A stretch of DNA of 64,000 bases, taken from Octopus sinensis (taxonomy: Eukaryota). The position numbers were made by a program, and so were the translations under genes. This document shows positions 13,740 through 28,215 of this stretch, one piece after another. Below the pieces are notes generated by a model that did no database searches, had not been told where the DNA came from, and saw nothing but the letters and a program-made list of their open reading frames with translations. Within the stretch, counting starts at the first letter, position 1; every line of letters begins with the position of its first letter. The stretch is from positions 97,154,001 to 97,218,000 of the forward strand of contig NC_043001.1 of NCBI RefSeq assembly GCF_006345805.1, written 5' to 3'.

Positions 13740-13770
<31 letters not shown>

Positions 13771-13794
13771 ATATATATATATATATATTATATA

Positions 13795-13859
<65 letters not shown>

Positions 13860-14333
13860 AAATATATATATGTATGTATATATATCATTGATTGTTTGCT
13901 TTTTAAGGCTACAGCCGGCCATTCAGTTAAGACTCACAGCACTATCAACAATCCCCAGTTAAGTTAATTGATGATTACGCACGCAATGCTGTTATCATGC
14001 AATTCCTGTGCCAGAAGATGTTTTTTAAGTCAGGAAAAGCTGCACTGAGTCAATCCCACTCACTAAACAACAGCAGCTATAACCCGAAAAGAAGAACAAG
14101 TCAACATCATCGGTAACCATTGCGCCATAGGCTTTATGTGGGAGTTATCCCAGTTACCTGAGTTGACTTCTCCTGTATAAGACAAGATAATTTAGATCTT
14201 TAGCTGGGCTAAAAAGTCACGTTCGATCACAGCACTGTTAATAGTTAAGTCTCCTGCAATGACCATACTCGAAAAGGAGGGGAAGCCATCATATTTATAC
14301 CTATATACATGCATACATACATACATACATACA

Positions 14334-14418
<85 letters not shown>

Positions 14419-14490
14419 TATATACATACATATACATATATATATACATACATATATACACATATACATGCATATATAGCTATCTATGCA

Positions 14491-14531
<41 letters not shown>

Positions 14532-14545
14532 TATATATATATAGG
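13740..14545. repeat. (TA)n/(ATAC)n microsatellites at 13740-13890 and 14310-14545
   Basis: Seen directly. Confidence 0.9.
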
Positions 14546-15269
14546 CATACATACAGAAAGAGATACAGAGTATGAGAGAGATATATATATAGAGAAAGAG
14601 AGAGGGAGACATCGACAGTGTTTGTTCGATTTAGGTAATTTTAGTAACGAGCTTTGATATTGTCGTATATTGTTATTATTCAGTTTGGAACGATATCGTT
14701 CCGGAGTCCATTAACTTTTAAAGACTTGATGGGGTTTATTTTCAGAAAGAAAAAGTAATCATGGTGTGTTGCGGCGTTTTACAGCAGGCATCCAATAAAA
14801 AAAAAAATTGAGAAAATAGTTTAAGTTTCACTTCCAATGTTTTATGAGTATGAAAAAAAACACAAATCAAAAATCAATATCCAGATAGGCTACATATGAA
14901 ATGAACTATGAAAGTAAGGAGAAGTTAGCTGTTAAATATTTTATGTCCACCGATGAAGATTTCATCAGTGAAGCCATATTCCCATGATCCTACAAAAAAG
15001 CAGATAATGATTTTATTATCAGAGGTCGCGAAGTTCTTGAGCTGCACATTGGTATAGGAATGTTAGTTTCCAAAGAAAACATTAAGGTGTAATTAGGAAA
15101 TTTAAACGAAGAATACTAAATAAGAAATATCAAACCTTAACTTCCATGTTTGAAAATAAAGTTTTTCTCTATACTCATATAAACTCGCGCGCAAGCAACC
15201 CCCACACATATACACATAGGCATGCGCACACATACAACCACACACTTATAGACATGTGCGTGAATATAT

Positions 15270-15490
15270 CTTTTACTCTTTTACTTGTTTCAGTCATGTG
15301 ACTGTAGCCATGCTGGAGCACCGCCTTCAGTCTAGCAAACCGACCCCAGGACTTATTCTTTGCAAGACTAGTACTTATTCTATCAGATTCTTTTGTCGAA
15401 CTGCTATGTTACGGGGTCGTAAACACGCCACCATCTGTTGTCAAGCGATGTTGGGGGGACAAGCACAGGCACAGAAACATATACACATAC
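15270..15490 (-). mobile_element. SINE family A, 3' half
   Basis: TTACTTGTTTCAGTCAT...CCATGCTGGAGCACCGCC is the reverse complement of the family A tail. Confidence 0.75.
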
Positions 15491-15889
15491 GTACATATAT
15501 GAACGTGTAATTGATGAGAGGTACGCAAAAAAAAGTAATCAAACGAGTATTTCCTACTAGTCCTCATTTGGCAGATAATATGAAAGAACAAACTAGAGTA
15601 AAATCTGAAAACGTCAGGCAGACACAACTGTATAATAGTGAATCTTTAACGTTAACAATAGCTGATGCCGAAATCGGCAACTGGATGTCGTCTGTTCCGA
15701 TGTAGAGTCAACCAAACGCTAATTATTACGAAATATACTAGATAGCTTCTTTACTTGACTGAGAAAATACAAAATTTCAAAGCGTAATCTGTAAATATTC
15801 TCAATTCCTATGTTCCATTGTAGGTACGCGTGTGAGGTCCAGGCAAACAACATACTCTGTTGAATTGTTTCATAAATCAGTTATTTGTA

Positions 15890-16140
15890 GTTGATGGTGA
15901 TGATCATAATTATAATTACTATGGTCATGGACATGATGGTAACGATGACAACGACAATGATGATGATGATAATGATGATATTGATGGTGATGGTGATGTA
16001 GATGATAAGGATGATGATGGTGATGAGTATGATGAGGATGACGTTGATGACGGTGATGATGATGATGTTCATGGTGTTAATGGTAATTGTACAGATAGTA
16101 GTGGTGAGGATGATACTGTTAATGATGCTGATACTTGTAA
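15890..16140. repeat. Degenerate (GAT)n trinucleotide repeat
   Basis: Seen directly; explains the poly-D ORF. Confidence 0.9.
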
Positions 16141-16477
16141 TGATACCGGTTCTGCTATAGCACCAGTTAATGTAATTTCGAAAGAAGATGCTGGACTTAT
16201 AATGCTTATTACGATAATAATTTTGAGGATTTTAAAGCTGCTTACGTAATGCTCCGGATTCAAAACATATATACACATCACAAAACTCGGAAACAAATTA
16301 ATGAAAAAATGTCAATATTATGGTAGAAAGAATTTCTGCAGTTTTCAAAGAAACTGGTACCGTATAACCCTAGGCAATTGAACAAAGCAATGCAAGTTAT
16401 GCTTAAAAGAATCATGTCACATGCTAGCAGGAAATCGATCTGCAACCTCAGTGTAGAAGTATTAAAATATTCTTTTC

Positions 16478-16872
16478 TTTTCTACTCTAGGCACAATGAC
16501 CGAAATTTTGAGGGAGGGGGCTAGTCGATTAGCTCGAACCCAATACGCAACTGGTACTTAAATTATCGACACTGAAAGAAAGGAAAGCAGCATCAGCCTC
16601 GGCGGAATTTGAACTTAGAACGTAAAGACAGACGAAATACCTATTTCTTTACTACCCACAAGGGGCTAAACACAGAAAGGACAAACAAGGACAGACAAAC
16701 GGATTAAGTCGATTATATCGACCCCAGTGCGTAACTAGTACTTAATTTATCGACCCCGAAAGGATGAAAGGCAAAGTCGACCTCGGCGGAATTTGAACTC
16801 AGAACGTAACGGCATACGAAATACGGCTACGCATTTCGCCCGGCGTGCTAACGTTTCTGCCAGCTAGCCGCC
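16478..16872 (-). mobile_element. tRNA-derived SINE, family B (internally repeated)
   Basis: GTCGACCTCGGCGGAATTTGAACTCAGAACG core shared with the copies at 17850, 27852, 35497, 37032 and 46915. Confidence 0.85.
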
Positions 16873-17253
16873 AGGAGGATTAAAATATTGATCCACTTGA
16901 AATGAAGGTAAATGTATTGTGAAACATTTTTTAAATATATTTAAGTTGAACGACAATGTTACTTACTATATACAAAATCCCTGATGGAAAGGTTATTGCT
17001 ATTTAGGAATTGGAATTTGATTATATTTCCAATTAAACTGGAGTTCAAACTAAATTAATTCAAAATTGCCAAAGCATTTTACGTTTAAAACATCATTTGG
17101 GAGTAGGATAAAAACTACTTTCGTTTTTTTCTGCGGGCATGAATTGCTCCAAATACACTTTAGGGGATTAATTTGAATTGGTATCAATAGAATTAATTTG
17201 AGATTAAATACATTAGCACATACTCACATCTGTGCACGAGTGTACAGAGAAAC

Positions 17254-17297
<44 letters not shown>

Positions 17298-17849
17298 AGA
17301 GGGTGAGAGAGGGACCGTGTGAGGAAGACAGAGACATAAATAGATAGAGAGGCAGAGATAAAGACAGAGAGAGGCAGAGAGAGAGAGAGGGGTGGAGAGG
17401 GTGAGAGAGCTAGAGTGGAACAACGAGAAAGAGAGGGTGCGGATACTACACATACTCTAGTAGTTAAGAAAGATAGCATATAACTTATACTAGTCATATC
17501 AGCCGCAGGCTTGTGCATCGTAACCTCATGTGCATGGTCACTTCACTTTTTCATAATTTATATGAACTAGATTAACATGCGCACCTGTCTTCGCAGAGGT
17601 ATCACAATCGATGTATGTAGGCTCGGTCAGCAGATATTTGCAAGCGACATAGTACAATATGGATCATTAGACTATGACCTTCAGAATACACTGAATTAGT
17701 TCGATGCCAATTCATCGAAGGCAGGGTTAAGAATTAGTGTTGGTCCTCTCAAAACTGTTTTTCCAGTGCAGTTTGTATGTTAGTGATACATCATTGAGAC
17801 AATCGGTGATGTTTAAGTATCTCGGGGACGTGTTCTCGAGGGATAGAAA

Positions 17850-18085
17850 GGCGACCAGCTGGCAAAAATGTTAGCACGCCGGACGAAATGCTTAGCGGTA
17901 TTTCGTCTGCCGCTACGTTCTAAATTCAAATTCCGCCGCGGTCGACTTTGCCTTTCATCCATTCGGTGTCGATTAAATAAGTACCAGTTGCGCACTGGGG
18001 TCGATATAATCGACTTAATCTGTTTGTGTGTCCTTGTTTTTCCCTTCTGTGTGTAGCCTCTTGTGAGCAGTAAAACATAAGAAAG
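17850..18085 (+). mobile_element. SINE family B
   Basis: CTGGCAAAAATGTTAGCACGCCGG...TTCAAATTCCGCCGCGGTCGACTTTGCC. Confidence 0.85.
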
Positions 18086-18702
18086 CAGGAGTCTGAATCG
18101 GATGTTGGAATTGCAGGTTTTGACACACTAGTGCGCCATCTCCAGCATTCAATCCTTGAGAAAGGCGAGGTTCGATAAAAGAGTCAAACTCGCTATCTTC
18201 ATTTCTGTTTCCATGCTTATATCCAACTATGGTAATGAACATTGAGAATGACGGTCGCAAATGGTGTTTCTCCAAATATCTTTGCCATAAGCTTACACAA
18301 AAGAAGGCTTAGGTTGTCTTTCTTGGTCGACCCGTTACTTTGCCATTTGAGAAGTCACACAATTAGAGACATGTGATTAAAATGTCGCAGAAAAGATTTG
18401 AAAGACGGACAAGCCGCCAAGAAGGGTAGACCGTGTGCAAGATGGTTGGATAATAGCCATGTTCCCATTTGGTCACGCTTGGGAATTCATCAAGAAAGTC
18501 TAATGATGATTGCTTCTGAATAGGCCTTATTGAAGAGCTGCCAGATGGTTGTAACTCCATGGCATTCCGAGGAGTCTTGAGTGGAGAAGATCGATGGATG
18601 GGAAAAAAATGTAAAGCTTCACTGAATGTAAAGAAATGTACGTGCGACGTGCGACGGACAGAAGTAAATTTCGTTTTACCTCTAGATAGATAGGTAAGAT
18701 AC

Positions 18703-18787
<85 letters not shown>

Positions 18788-19977
18788 TAAATAGCATATA
18801 GATTGCGAGATGGATAGATATACATATATACAGACATACATAACATACACACACATATGAAGAGTAGAACAGAGAATAACTTAAACGTCATTGATAATTT
18901 TATAAGCGATTGATAACACGAAAACAGCCATATATTAATATTTATATTTTAATTACTCTAGTCATGTAAATTCTATGGAAAATTTGAAAATATATTCTGT
19001 TTCTATTATCGTTTAATTATTTTGAATTTCTTCCTTCACCTAAATTGTACATCTTCAAAGCGAGTTCTGTTTATATTCGTATGAAGTAGTGTTAAGAATA
19101 ATTTGCTTTATTATTATATTTCTCGATTATGTAATTATGTAGATCAAAGCCACTATCTTTCTTTTATAGGTTTCATAGTCGCCACTTATACAAGTACATA
19201 TTTGACAATTACAACATATATAGCTATTCTTTCACATCGTAATGAATTGTTAAATATACATGGTCTTCAAAGTAATCGTTAAATACTTTGTACACTCCAT
19301 TTACAAATATATGTATAATAGATAATTAAAATGAAGGAGAGAAATTCAGAAAGATTAGAGTAGCTAGAAAGATTGCATCCTTTAGTGTTAAAGGGATTAG
19401 AAAAGACTAAGAAAGCTAAACCGCGACAAGACTGACAAGAGTTCTCTATCACAGAATTGCCCTAAACACGAACGAAAGATAATTGTTTGGTGAAGAACGA
19501 AAGTAGAATTACTGAGCTTATGCCCTAAGGACTTATCTATTAAAACCAAATTCTCTGAAAGAAGTGCTTATCTTCAATTATGAAAAGGACTGCAGTTTCT
19601 TTCGAACGGCGTTCGATCTCATGAATTAAGGTTGCCCTCTACGTCAGATTAAAAGTCTAAGCTGATCAATAAATGACAGAAATAAAGAAGTAATTAAAAC
19701 ATAATTGTAGACTGTTTTAATGCGCTGGCTTTTTTTTTCACCAGTCAGGGTAATGGTGCATTCACAAAACCAATGACGTTAGAGACAGAAACATATATAT
19801 TCAACACAACGCTATAAACGTCTCCAAAGGGAATTAAATATTGTCTACGAAAATAAGAGTACTTTGGATATCAAAGGAAAATGATTTAAAATTTAAAAAA
19901 TATGATAAAATAAAACGTGACGAATTTGCCCAAATCGGTGTTATACACATTAGTATTAAAAAATAAAAAATAAACAG

Positions 19978-20420
19978 GTTCATGGCTTAGTGTTTAGGGT
20001 AATCAGTTCACGATCGTAAGATTGCGATTTCGCTTCCCGGCGGCTCCTTGTGTCCTTGAGCAAGATATTTTTTATTACAGTTGGTTCACTCCGTTCTGCT
20101 GACAAAACTGAGTTGTACTTGCATCTCAAAGGGCCGGCCCTCTCACATCCTTTATGTCACGCTTTGAACTATGTTAAGGGTACGTGAGATGAGCCACTTG
20201 GACGATAATTTCACGAGAAGGCTGTTCCGTTAATTGGATCTACTGGAACAGTCGCCCTCGTAACCGACGGAGTACCAGATATACTCGTGGCTCACCGTCG
20301 GTTGCGATGACAAGGGTTTCAGTTGATTCGATCAATGGAACAACCTGCTCGAAAAATTAACATGCAAGTGGCTGAGCATTCTACAGACACGTGTACCCTT
20401 AATGTAGTTCTCGACTTGAA
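19978..20420. mobile_element. tRNA-derived SINE (19978-20280, plus strand) and an inverted fragment of a related body (20315-20420)
   Basis: Head CATGGCTTAGTGTTTAGG...GTGTCCTTGAGCAAGA; the body matches 49310-49548 and 61425-61580. Confidence 0.6.
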
Positions 20421-20789
20421 CTTAGGAGAAAAAGAAGAAAAACAACTGCTCTTCACCAATAATATTGCCAAATCATGGGCCACCACTGCAAAATTGCTTA
20501 AAGTAGGTGTAACCAATATAGATATACGATCTTAGATCCCTAATTAGGAGCAAGCATTTCATCTCAGTGCTTTGGTCGATAATAGAACTATAAGCTTCCT
20601 TGATTGGAAGACTTATCAAGTGCAGATTCTTATATAGTATATTATCTGTGTACTTTACTCTGACTGCGAAATTTTCTGTTCCTCAATTGGTATTATGTAA
20701 ACCAAAATTGCACATTCTTTGTTGTGCCCAGTGGATTATTACTACTACTACTACTATTATTATTATCATTACCATTGTCATTTACTTTT

Positions 20790-23700
20790 AATCTGCATGT
20801 TTGATGCAATCACTTGCCGGGGCACACCCAGCGCCCTAGGGCAAGTGAAGGTTAAGAGTTGTTGAAATATAGCTGAAAGCTTGGAGAGGGGAAGCAGAGA
20901 AATATCTCCATGTAATACAAACACAAACATTTACATTGATAGGGTTTTCTAAAGATGTGGGCAGTACTTGTTAGCACAATCTTTTGGATTTCCTTGAGAC
21001 ATGGTTCTCCAGGGATATTGTCTAGGTGTTTCTGACATCCCTTTTTTATCATACCTAGGGCACTTACAATAACAGGAACAGTTTTTGTTTTAAGATTCAA
21101 CATCTTTTGTATTTCGATTTCCAGGTCCTTATATTTACTAAGTTTGTCAAATTCCTTTACAGATATATTTTTATCAGTGGGGACGCTTACCTCTATTAGT
21201 CTGCAGGTATTTTCTTCCCTGTCTTTAACAATTATGTCTGGTCGATTAACCTTGATCGTTCTGTCAGTGTTGACTGGAAGATCCCAGAGGATGGTGACAT
21301 TTTTACCTTCAACAACTGGCTGAGGATGGTGTTCATACCAGTTAGCAGGAGTGCCGAATTTGTAGTGTTTACATATCTTCCAATGTATATACTATCCTAC
21401 CCTATCGTGGCGATTTTTGTATTCGTTTGGTGTCAGCACAGGACATCCCGAAACGAGATGGTCTATTGTTTCGTCAAATGTGTCGCAGAATCTGCATTTA
21501 GGGTCAGTACCGTTTCGGAGAACGTTAGCCTGGTAATTTCTGGTAAACAAGCTTTGATCTTGTGCTGCCAGTATGAAGCCTTCAGTCTCTGCTTTCAATC
21601 CAGAACTCTTCAGTCACTGATGGGTTGTTGCTTGGTCTACATCAGCATTTTGGCTTCGGAGAATATATTGTCCATGCAAGGGATTCTGGCTCCACCGCCT
21701 CTCAATTTGATTCTGCCCGTTCTTTTTTGCAGTCTGCTTGATTCGCTTTGCTTGCTTGGTAGCAGTGGTTTCCGGCTCTTTATCTGACTCAAGGTTAATG
21801 TCTAGTTCCCTTTCGAAATTATAAGCTTCCTTGACAATAGAATGCAACTTTTTGCTGCTTTCGTGTTCGCACACAAGTCGCAGCATCCAGTCCTTTGTAC
21901 TAGATAGGTACCTGTTCATTCCTACAGTAGAGGTCTTATAGCACAGCTCTAATTGCATCATTCCTCTCCCCTGGCTGCTTCTAGGTAGGTACAGGCGGTC
22001 TACATCTGCCTTAGGGTGGTGCATATTCTTGGATGTCAGTAATTTTCTTGTCTTCCTGTCCAAGCGTTGGAGTTCCATAAGGTTCCAGTCAATGATGTTA
22101 AAACTGTACTGGACTACTGGAAGTGCCAGGGTGTTAATGGCCTCAATGCAATTTTTGGAGTTGAATTCAGTCTTCAGTACAAGCCTTATTCTCCTATAGT
22201 ATTCCTTTCTTATTTTTTCCTTCATAGTAACATGATATATACCATCTCCTTCGTTGATTCCTAGGTATTTGTAACTTTCTTGTGGGTCAAGTTCCTTGAT
22301 GGTAGTGTCAATATCTAATTTAACAGAAGCTGTTTGCCTGAGCTTGCCTCTTACAAAAGTTGCTTTAGCACGCTTATAAAGGCCAAAATCCATTCCGATA
22401 TCATTGCTAAACTCATTAACAGTTGTTAGCAGCCCTTCTAGCTCTTGGTCATTCCTGACAAACAGTTTAGGTCGTCCATATAGAAAAGGTGGTTTATTGA
22501 CTTACTAAAAACTTTGTACCCATATCTGGTACTATCCAATTCCTTTGAGAGTGGGATCAGTGCCATGCAAAAAAGCAATGGAGAGAGGGAGTCACCTTGA
22601 AAGATGCCTCGTTTGATGTTGATGCTGTTGGACTGGCTCATCCCATTACTATGGCTTAGGAAGAGACGTGTGTTCCACATGGTCATGCTATTCTGTAAGA
22701 ATTTTGAGACGACAGGAGAGATCTTGTATATCTCAAGGGCCTTGAGTATCCATTTATGTGGAACACTGTCATACGCTTTCCTGTAGTCTATCCATGCCAT
22801 ACTTAGGTTTTTGTTTTTGCTCCGGCAATTCTCTACAATCATTCTGTTTATGAGCAATTGGTCTTTGCACCCATAAGAGTTTCTTTTACAACCTTTTTGA
22901 GCTTGTGGAAGGATAGAATTTTGTACAAGGAAAGCGTACATTCTCTCCGTTATTATGGATGTGAGGATTTTGTGGGTGGTGTTGAGACATGTTATTGGCT
23001 GGTAATTCTTTGGGTTTTTTGCGTCTTCGGTTTTAGGTAATAGGTAGGTGGTTCCTTCAGTCAGCCAAGCAGGTATTTGCTCTGGGTTCTGAATGACATC
23101 AGACAGAGATGCAGCGAGATTTTCGTGTACCTCTGTCAAACAATTCAGCCAGAAGTTAGGGATCCGATCCAGTCCTGGAGTTTTCCATTTATGAGCCTTC
23201 TTAAGGACACAGCTTAGCTCCTCTATTCCTATTGCTTCCCATTTCTGTTCTTCAAGTTCATCCAGTCTCTCTTTCTCACGTTCTATCCAGTCAGCCTCAG
23301 CATTAAACTCTTTTTCGTTGCTCCATACCTTCTTCCAGAACGCCTCCACTTCATCAATCTTAGGTGGATCTTCTATGTGTATTTTATTTTTGCCAATTTC
23401 CCTGTAAAATTTCTTTGCATCTACGTTAAAAAAATTATTTTGTCGTTAAAATTTGTTTCTTTTGTCATACCTTCTAAGCCGATGAGCTTTCAACTGTATC
23501 CGTTGTTTCAACAATTCCTTAGTTGTAGGGAGGTTTATGAGATCTTTGATTTTATATTTTTGCATGATTTTTCTAGCTTTTCGCGACTTAATATTCACTC
23601 CTCTAGCAAGCTCATCGAGAACTGAAACATCCGCCCGTAGAGATTCAATCTCTTTTTGTATCGCTACTTTCCACTTAGGAGGTTCATTGACATGCCTGGC

Positions 23701-24800
23701 CTTTTTCTTTGTCATCTTAATACCTAGTTGGGTAGTTACTACTTTAGCAGTGGAATAGATGAGATTATCTAAGGTTGTTAGATCATTCCCCTTATTTCTT
23801 AAGATCTGTCCTAGGGCAACGTTATATGTCATGATTATGTTGTTATTTCTTGTGCCGTTTGAAAACTTTCGTAGCGGTTCTCTATTAACCATGTCAGTGA
23901 GCTCAATCTTGCCGAGTTCTCTCATAATGTCCACTTTTGCTTCCATAATCTTTTCTCTATTATTCACCTCAAATTCTATTTTGGTTTTCTTGAGGAAGGT
24001 CTACGTTCTCCTCTTTTTTCAAATCTCCCGTCTTCGCTATTCTTCGTTTAACTTCCCCATTGGGAAGTTGATTTACCGCTTGTACACTGGCTTCTGTGCT
24101 ACTGTTGCCTATTTCTTCTACATTGTTGCCGCTTTCTTTTGGTATACCATGAGCTATTAGTGTCCTAATTTGGTCAATTTCAGCGTCAGTTAGTCTTTTA
24201 TTTTTAATTATATCTCTGCGTACATTACTTAATTTATTTGCGTCTATATATCTACGTACTTCATTGCCTACTGAATTTCTCCATGAGATGTATGTTTGTA
24301 CACTGAGGTTATTGTTTGGGTTTAGTTGGGCTGTATAAAAAGCTTTCAACACATCTCCATAGTCCTCTCTGGTCCATTTTATACGTTTTGCTTTAGGTGG
24401 TGATTTTGGTGGTGTCACTACAAGTCCAGAGTTAGAAGTATTCTGGTTCTGGTCACCTGGTAGATCGTCTTTTTGAGAGTTTGTTCCAGCAGCAAACTTT
24501 TCGAACCCAGTCTGGTTCCCTACTGGGTAACGCGGTCCTTGTTGTCCCGGGCGATGACCGATACGGCATGATTTTTGGCTTGTTTTCATTAAATGATTGA
24601 CAGCGACATCAGAGGGGTCCATTTTTTCAGAGTCAACTTTTTGACAAGACGCCGCTTCTGTGACGGTGACGTTAGAAGAAGAGACTGTTTGTACAGGGTC
24701 AACTTTTTGACAAGACACCGCAAGACTTACAGATCGAAATTCGCCTCTATTTCTTTTGGTAGACATGTTTCCGGGCATAACTATTCAGTGACGTTCTAAA
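20790..24800 (-). mobile_element. Near full-length R4/Dong-clade non-LTR retrotransposon (single ORF: RT, CCHC, RLE), frameshifted
   Basis: Colinear ORF pieces WKTPGLD, NYQPITCL, QKGCK, AWIDYRKAYDSVPH, GIFQGDSLSPLLF, YMDDL, ETEGFILAAQDQ, CRFC..ETIDHLVSGC, RHD, and RPDII (RLE). Degenerate trinucleotide tail at the 3' end. Confidence 0.93.
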
Positions 24801-25307
24801 TTCAGTGACCAATTTGCTCTTTTTTGCGTTTATTCGTGAAAAATCACTTTGTTTTTGTTTTGTTTTCGTCCGCGTAACGTGGTTTTTCTTTCTGTGTGTA
24901 CGTGTGAGCGCGTGTAAGCATTATTTATGCTCTATAATTAAAATGTGTACGTGTATGCATAAACAGTTGCCTGTATACTTAATTAATTAATTAATTAATT
25001 AATCAATTAATTAATCAATTTATGTACTTACTGTCTTTCAAGAGCTCTGATGTTCGTTTCTATTTTTTATGCATGTCACATGGAAATATTATGCATAAAA
25101 GAAAGAAAACCATATTATATATGGCAATAATAGTTCGGACTTTTTAGTTGCTTTGCCTTAAAAGAAAATTGGGAAAAGATATTTTGTGGAACCTTTCTTC
25201 CATTGCAACGATGGTGTTGGATTAAATTCGTTTTTTGGAGAGAGGCTCCCAGGGAACATCCATGTTGTTATTCTACCCGGAGCTCTGTTTTATTATTATT
25301 ATTATTA

Positions 25308-25359
<52 letters not shown>

Positions 25360-25813
25360 CGTTCTCGTCGTCATCATCATCATCATCATTGCTGACGCTG
25401 TCATTGTTGTTGTCGCTGTTAGAAGCAATGACCGATAAACGTGAAACTGTTATTATCTAAAACAAAGATAATTTAACTAACGTCACTTAAACTTATTAAT
25501 TGCCTTAATAAAGATAAACTACTCAAACATATTGAATGTAAATATAAATATAGCAGAACAGAGCATCATAAAACTGTTACGTTATCGTATTAAATCAAAC
25601 ATTTCATAAGTCAGTGCAGTCGCTTAGAACAAATAACGAAAGTCGTATACTAAAAATCGTTAATTCCATGAGAACCTCATCATATGAGTTTATTGATATA
25701 CTTCAAAAATATCACGTATAACATCATCAAATATTACTCCATTGCCCACACGAGTATGTGTAGGCATACGCATACAAACATGCATACACTTCATCTTTGT
25801 ATATATTATATAC

Positions 25814-25855
<42 letters not shown>

Positions 25856-25929
25856 TTGTGTGTGCGTGTGTGCGTGTGTGTGTGTGTGAGTGTGCGTGTG
25901 TGTGTGTGTATGTATGTGTGTTTGTGTGT

Positions 25930-26369
<440 letters not shown>

Positions 26370-26890
26370 AGTAAATAAATGGCACAACTAAGTACCGATA
26401 TTTACTGGAAATAGCTAACGTAAAAGTACGACGCTAATGTATAGCTTCACCGCGTATGTATTAGTAAAAATGCGTGTGTGCAACAAACTAGAGAAAAACG
26501 TCTTACCTCCAGAGAGAACATCTGAAAGATGAAATACCCGGAAAAGGATAATGTGGGACCTGCAGGCTTCAGATTTTACAAGATATGACTGCCACCCATA
26601 TCTTATTCTATCTTCATCAGTCAAGCATATACCATGACGAAATCTACGATGTTACCACATGAATACTATTACACTCGACTGAAAAGCGGAACGCTAACAG
26701 TACGAAAAACGGTGAAGAAGCTTCAATAAATTAGTAATGCAATACAAAGTATCGCCTTCCAGTAAAGAATAGCCCGTGAGGGAAAAATACACAAAGTAGT
26801 AAATAAATGACTCCGCTGCCTTAACCACTGGGCACACACAAACACACACACATACACACACACGCACACTCATACACACACACACGCACG

Positions 26891-26921
<31 letters not shown>

Positions 26922-27299
26922 GTATGTATGTATGTATGTATATTTACACACATATACCTATAAGGATGTATAAACGATTCTTTCTTATCAAACAATCTCA
27001 TGATCCGTCTTAAAGTCATAATAACTCAAAGTAAAATATATTGAAGCTCTTTGAATAAATCTATATATAAATTAACCGGTGATGAGCAAAAGTATTTTAC
27101 GTAGGGTTTCGAAAGAAAAAGAGATACATAGATTATGTAGTAACATATTGTGGTAACCATCGATGCTCCAATTGATTGAATGAAACCAATATCAACTAAA
27201 TAAATGGATAAACGAATACAAATCGAGTGGACATCCATGGTGAATCCGCAAAAAGAAAAAAACCAACTTTCAATATGTGCTTCATCTCTCTTATCTTAT

Positions 27300-27700
27300 A
27301 TTCGTGTCAGTCGTTTTTGACTGCAGCCATGCTGGGGCACCGACTTGAAGGGCTTTAGTCGACCAAATCGACTCCAGGATTTATTTTTTAAAGCCAAGTA
27401 CTTATTCTGTCGTTTCTTTTGCAGAACCACTAAGTTACTGAGATGTAAACGCATCAATGTCGGTTATCGAGCGGTGGGGTAGGAAAAACACAGACATAAA
27501 AGCACGCACACATAAATACATACATAAAAAGTTGTATATGACGAACTTCTTTCAGTTTCCGTCTACCAAATCCATTCACAATTCTTTGGTTCCCCCGAGC
27601 CTATGGCAGAGAACACTTGTACAAGACGCCCCGCAGTGGGACCGGATCTGGGACAATGTGGTTGAAAAGGGATTTTGCTTACCAAACAGCCCCACCTACA
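27300..27700 (-). mobile_element. SINE family A, diverged
   Basis: CAGTTTCCGTCTACCAAATC and CCATGCTGGGGCACC motifs. Confidence 0.7.
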
Positions 27701-27851
27701 TATGTAGACTAGAAAATAAAACAGCCATCAAGAAATTGAACTAATTAAATTCATAGAAAGAAATATAAAACAATTATACTTTACTATCATATTACGAATG
27801 TATCTTTAAACTATAAGTTTAGATGCTAAGATTTTGGTTGATATAAAAAGC

Positions 27852-28215
27852 GGGGAGCTGGCAGGATATCGCAGCGGTCGAAATGCCTAGCGGTATTTCG
27901 TCTGTCGTTGCGTTCTGAATTCAACTTCCGTCGAAGTCGACTTTGCCTTTCATTCTTTCGGGGTCGATAAATTAAGTATCAGTTACGCACCGGGGTTTAT
28001 ATAATCGACGTAATCCGTTTGTCTGTCCCTGTTTGTCTTCTCTGTGTTTAGCCCCTGGTGGGTAGTATAGAAACAGGTATTCGTCCGTCCTCATGTTCTA
28101 CGTTGAAATTCCGCTGAGGTCGACTTTGGCCTTCATCATTTCGTAGTCAGTAGAATAAGTACTCGTTGATGTAACCGACTTACACCCTTATCTGGTCTCA
28201 TTGACCTTGTACCAA
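27852..28215 (+). mobile_element. SINE family B, with further decayed fragments to about 28550
   Basis: Repeated GAGGTCGACTTTG core. Confidence 0.75.

Noticed and set aside
14190-14285. MVIAGDLT motif resembling an APE endonuclease GDFN motif upstream of the CR1-like LINE
   Set aside because: No other APE motifs are colinear, so it cannot be linked to the LINE.
15860-16249. 129 aa Asp-rich ORF
   Set aside because: It arises from a degenerate GAT repeat.
18290-18680. GC-richer island that might be a LINE 5' region
   Set aside because: No diagnostic motif that I can name.
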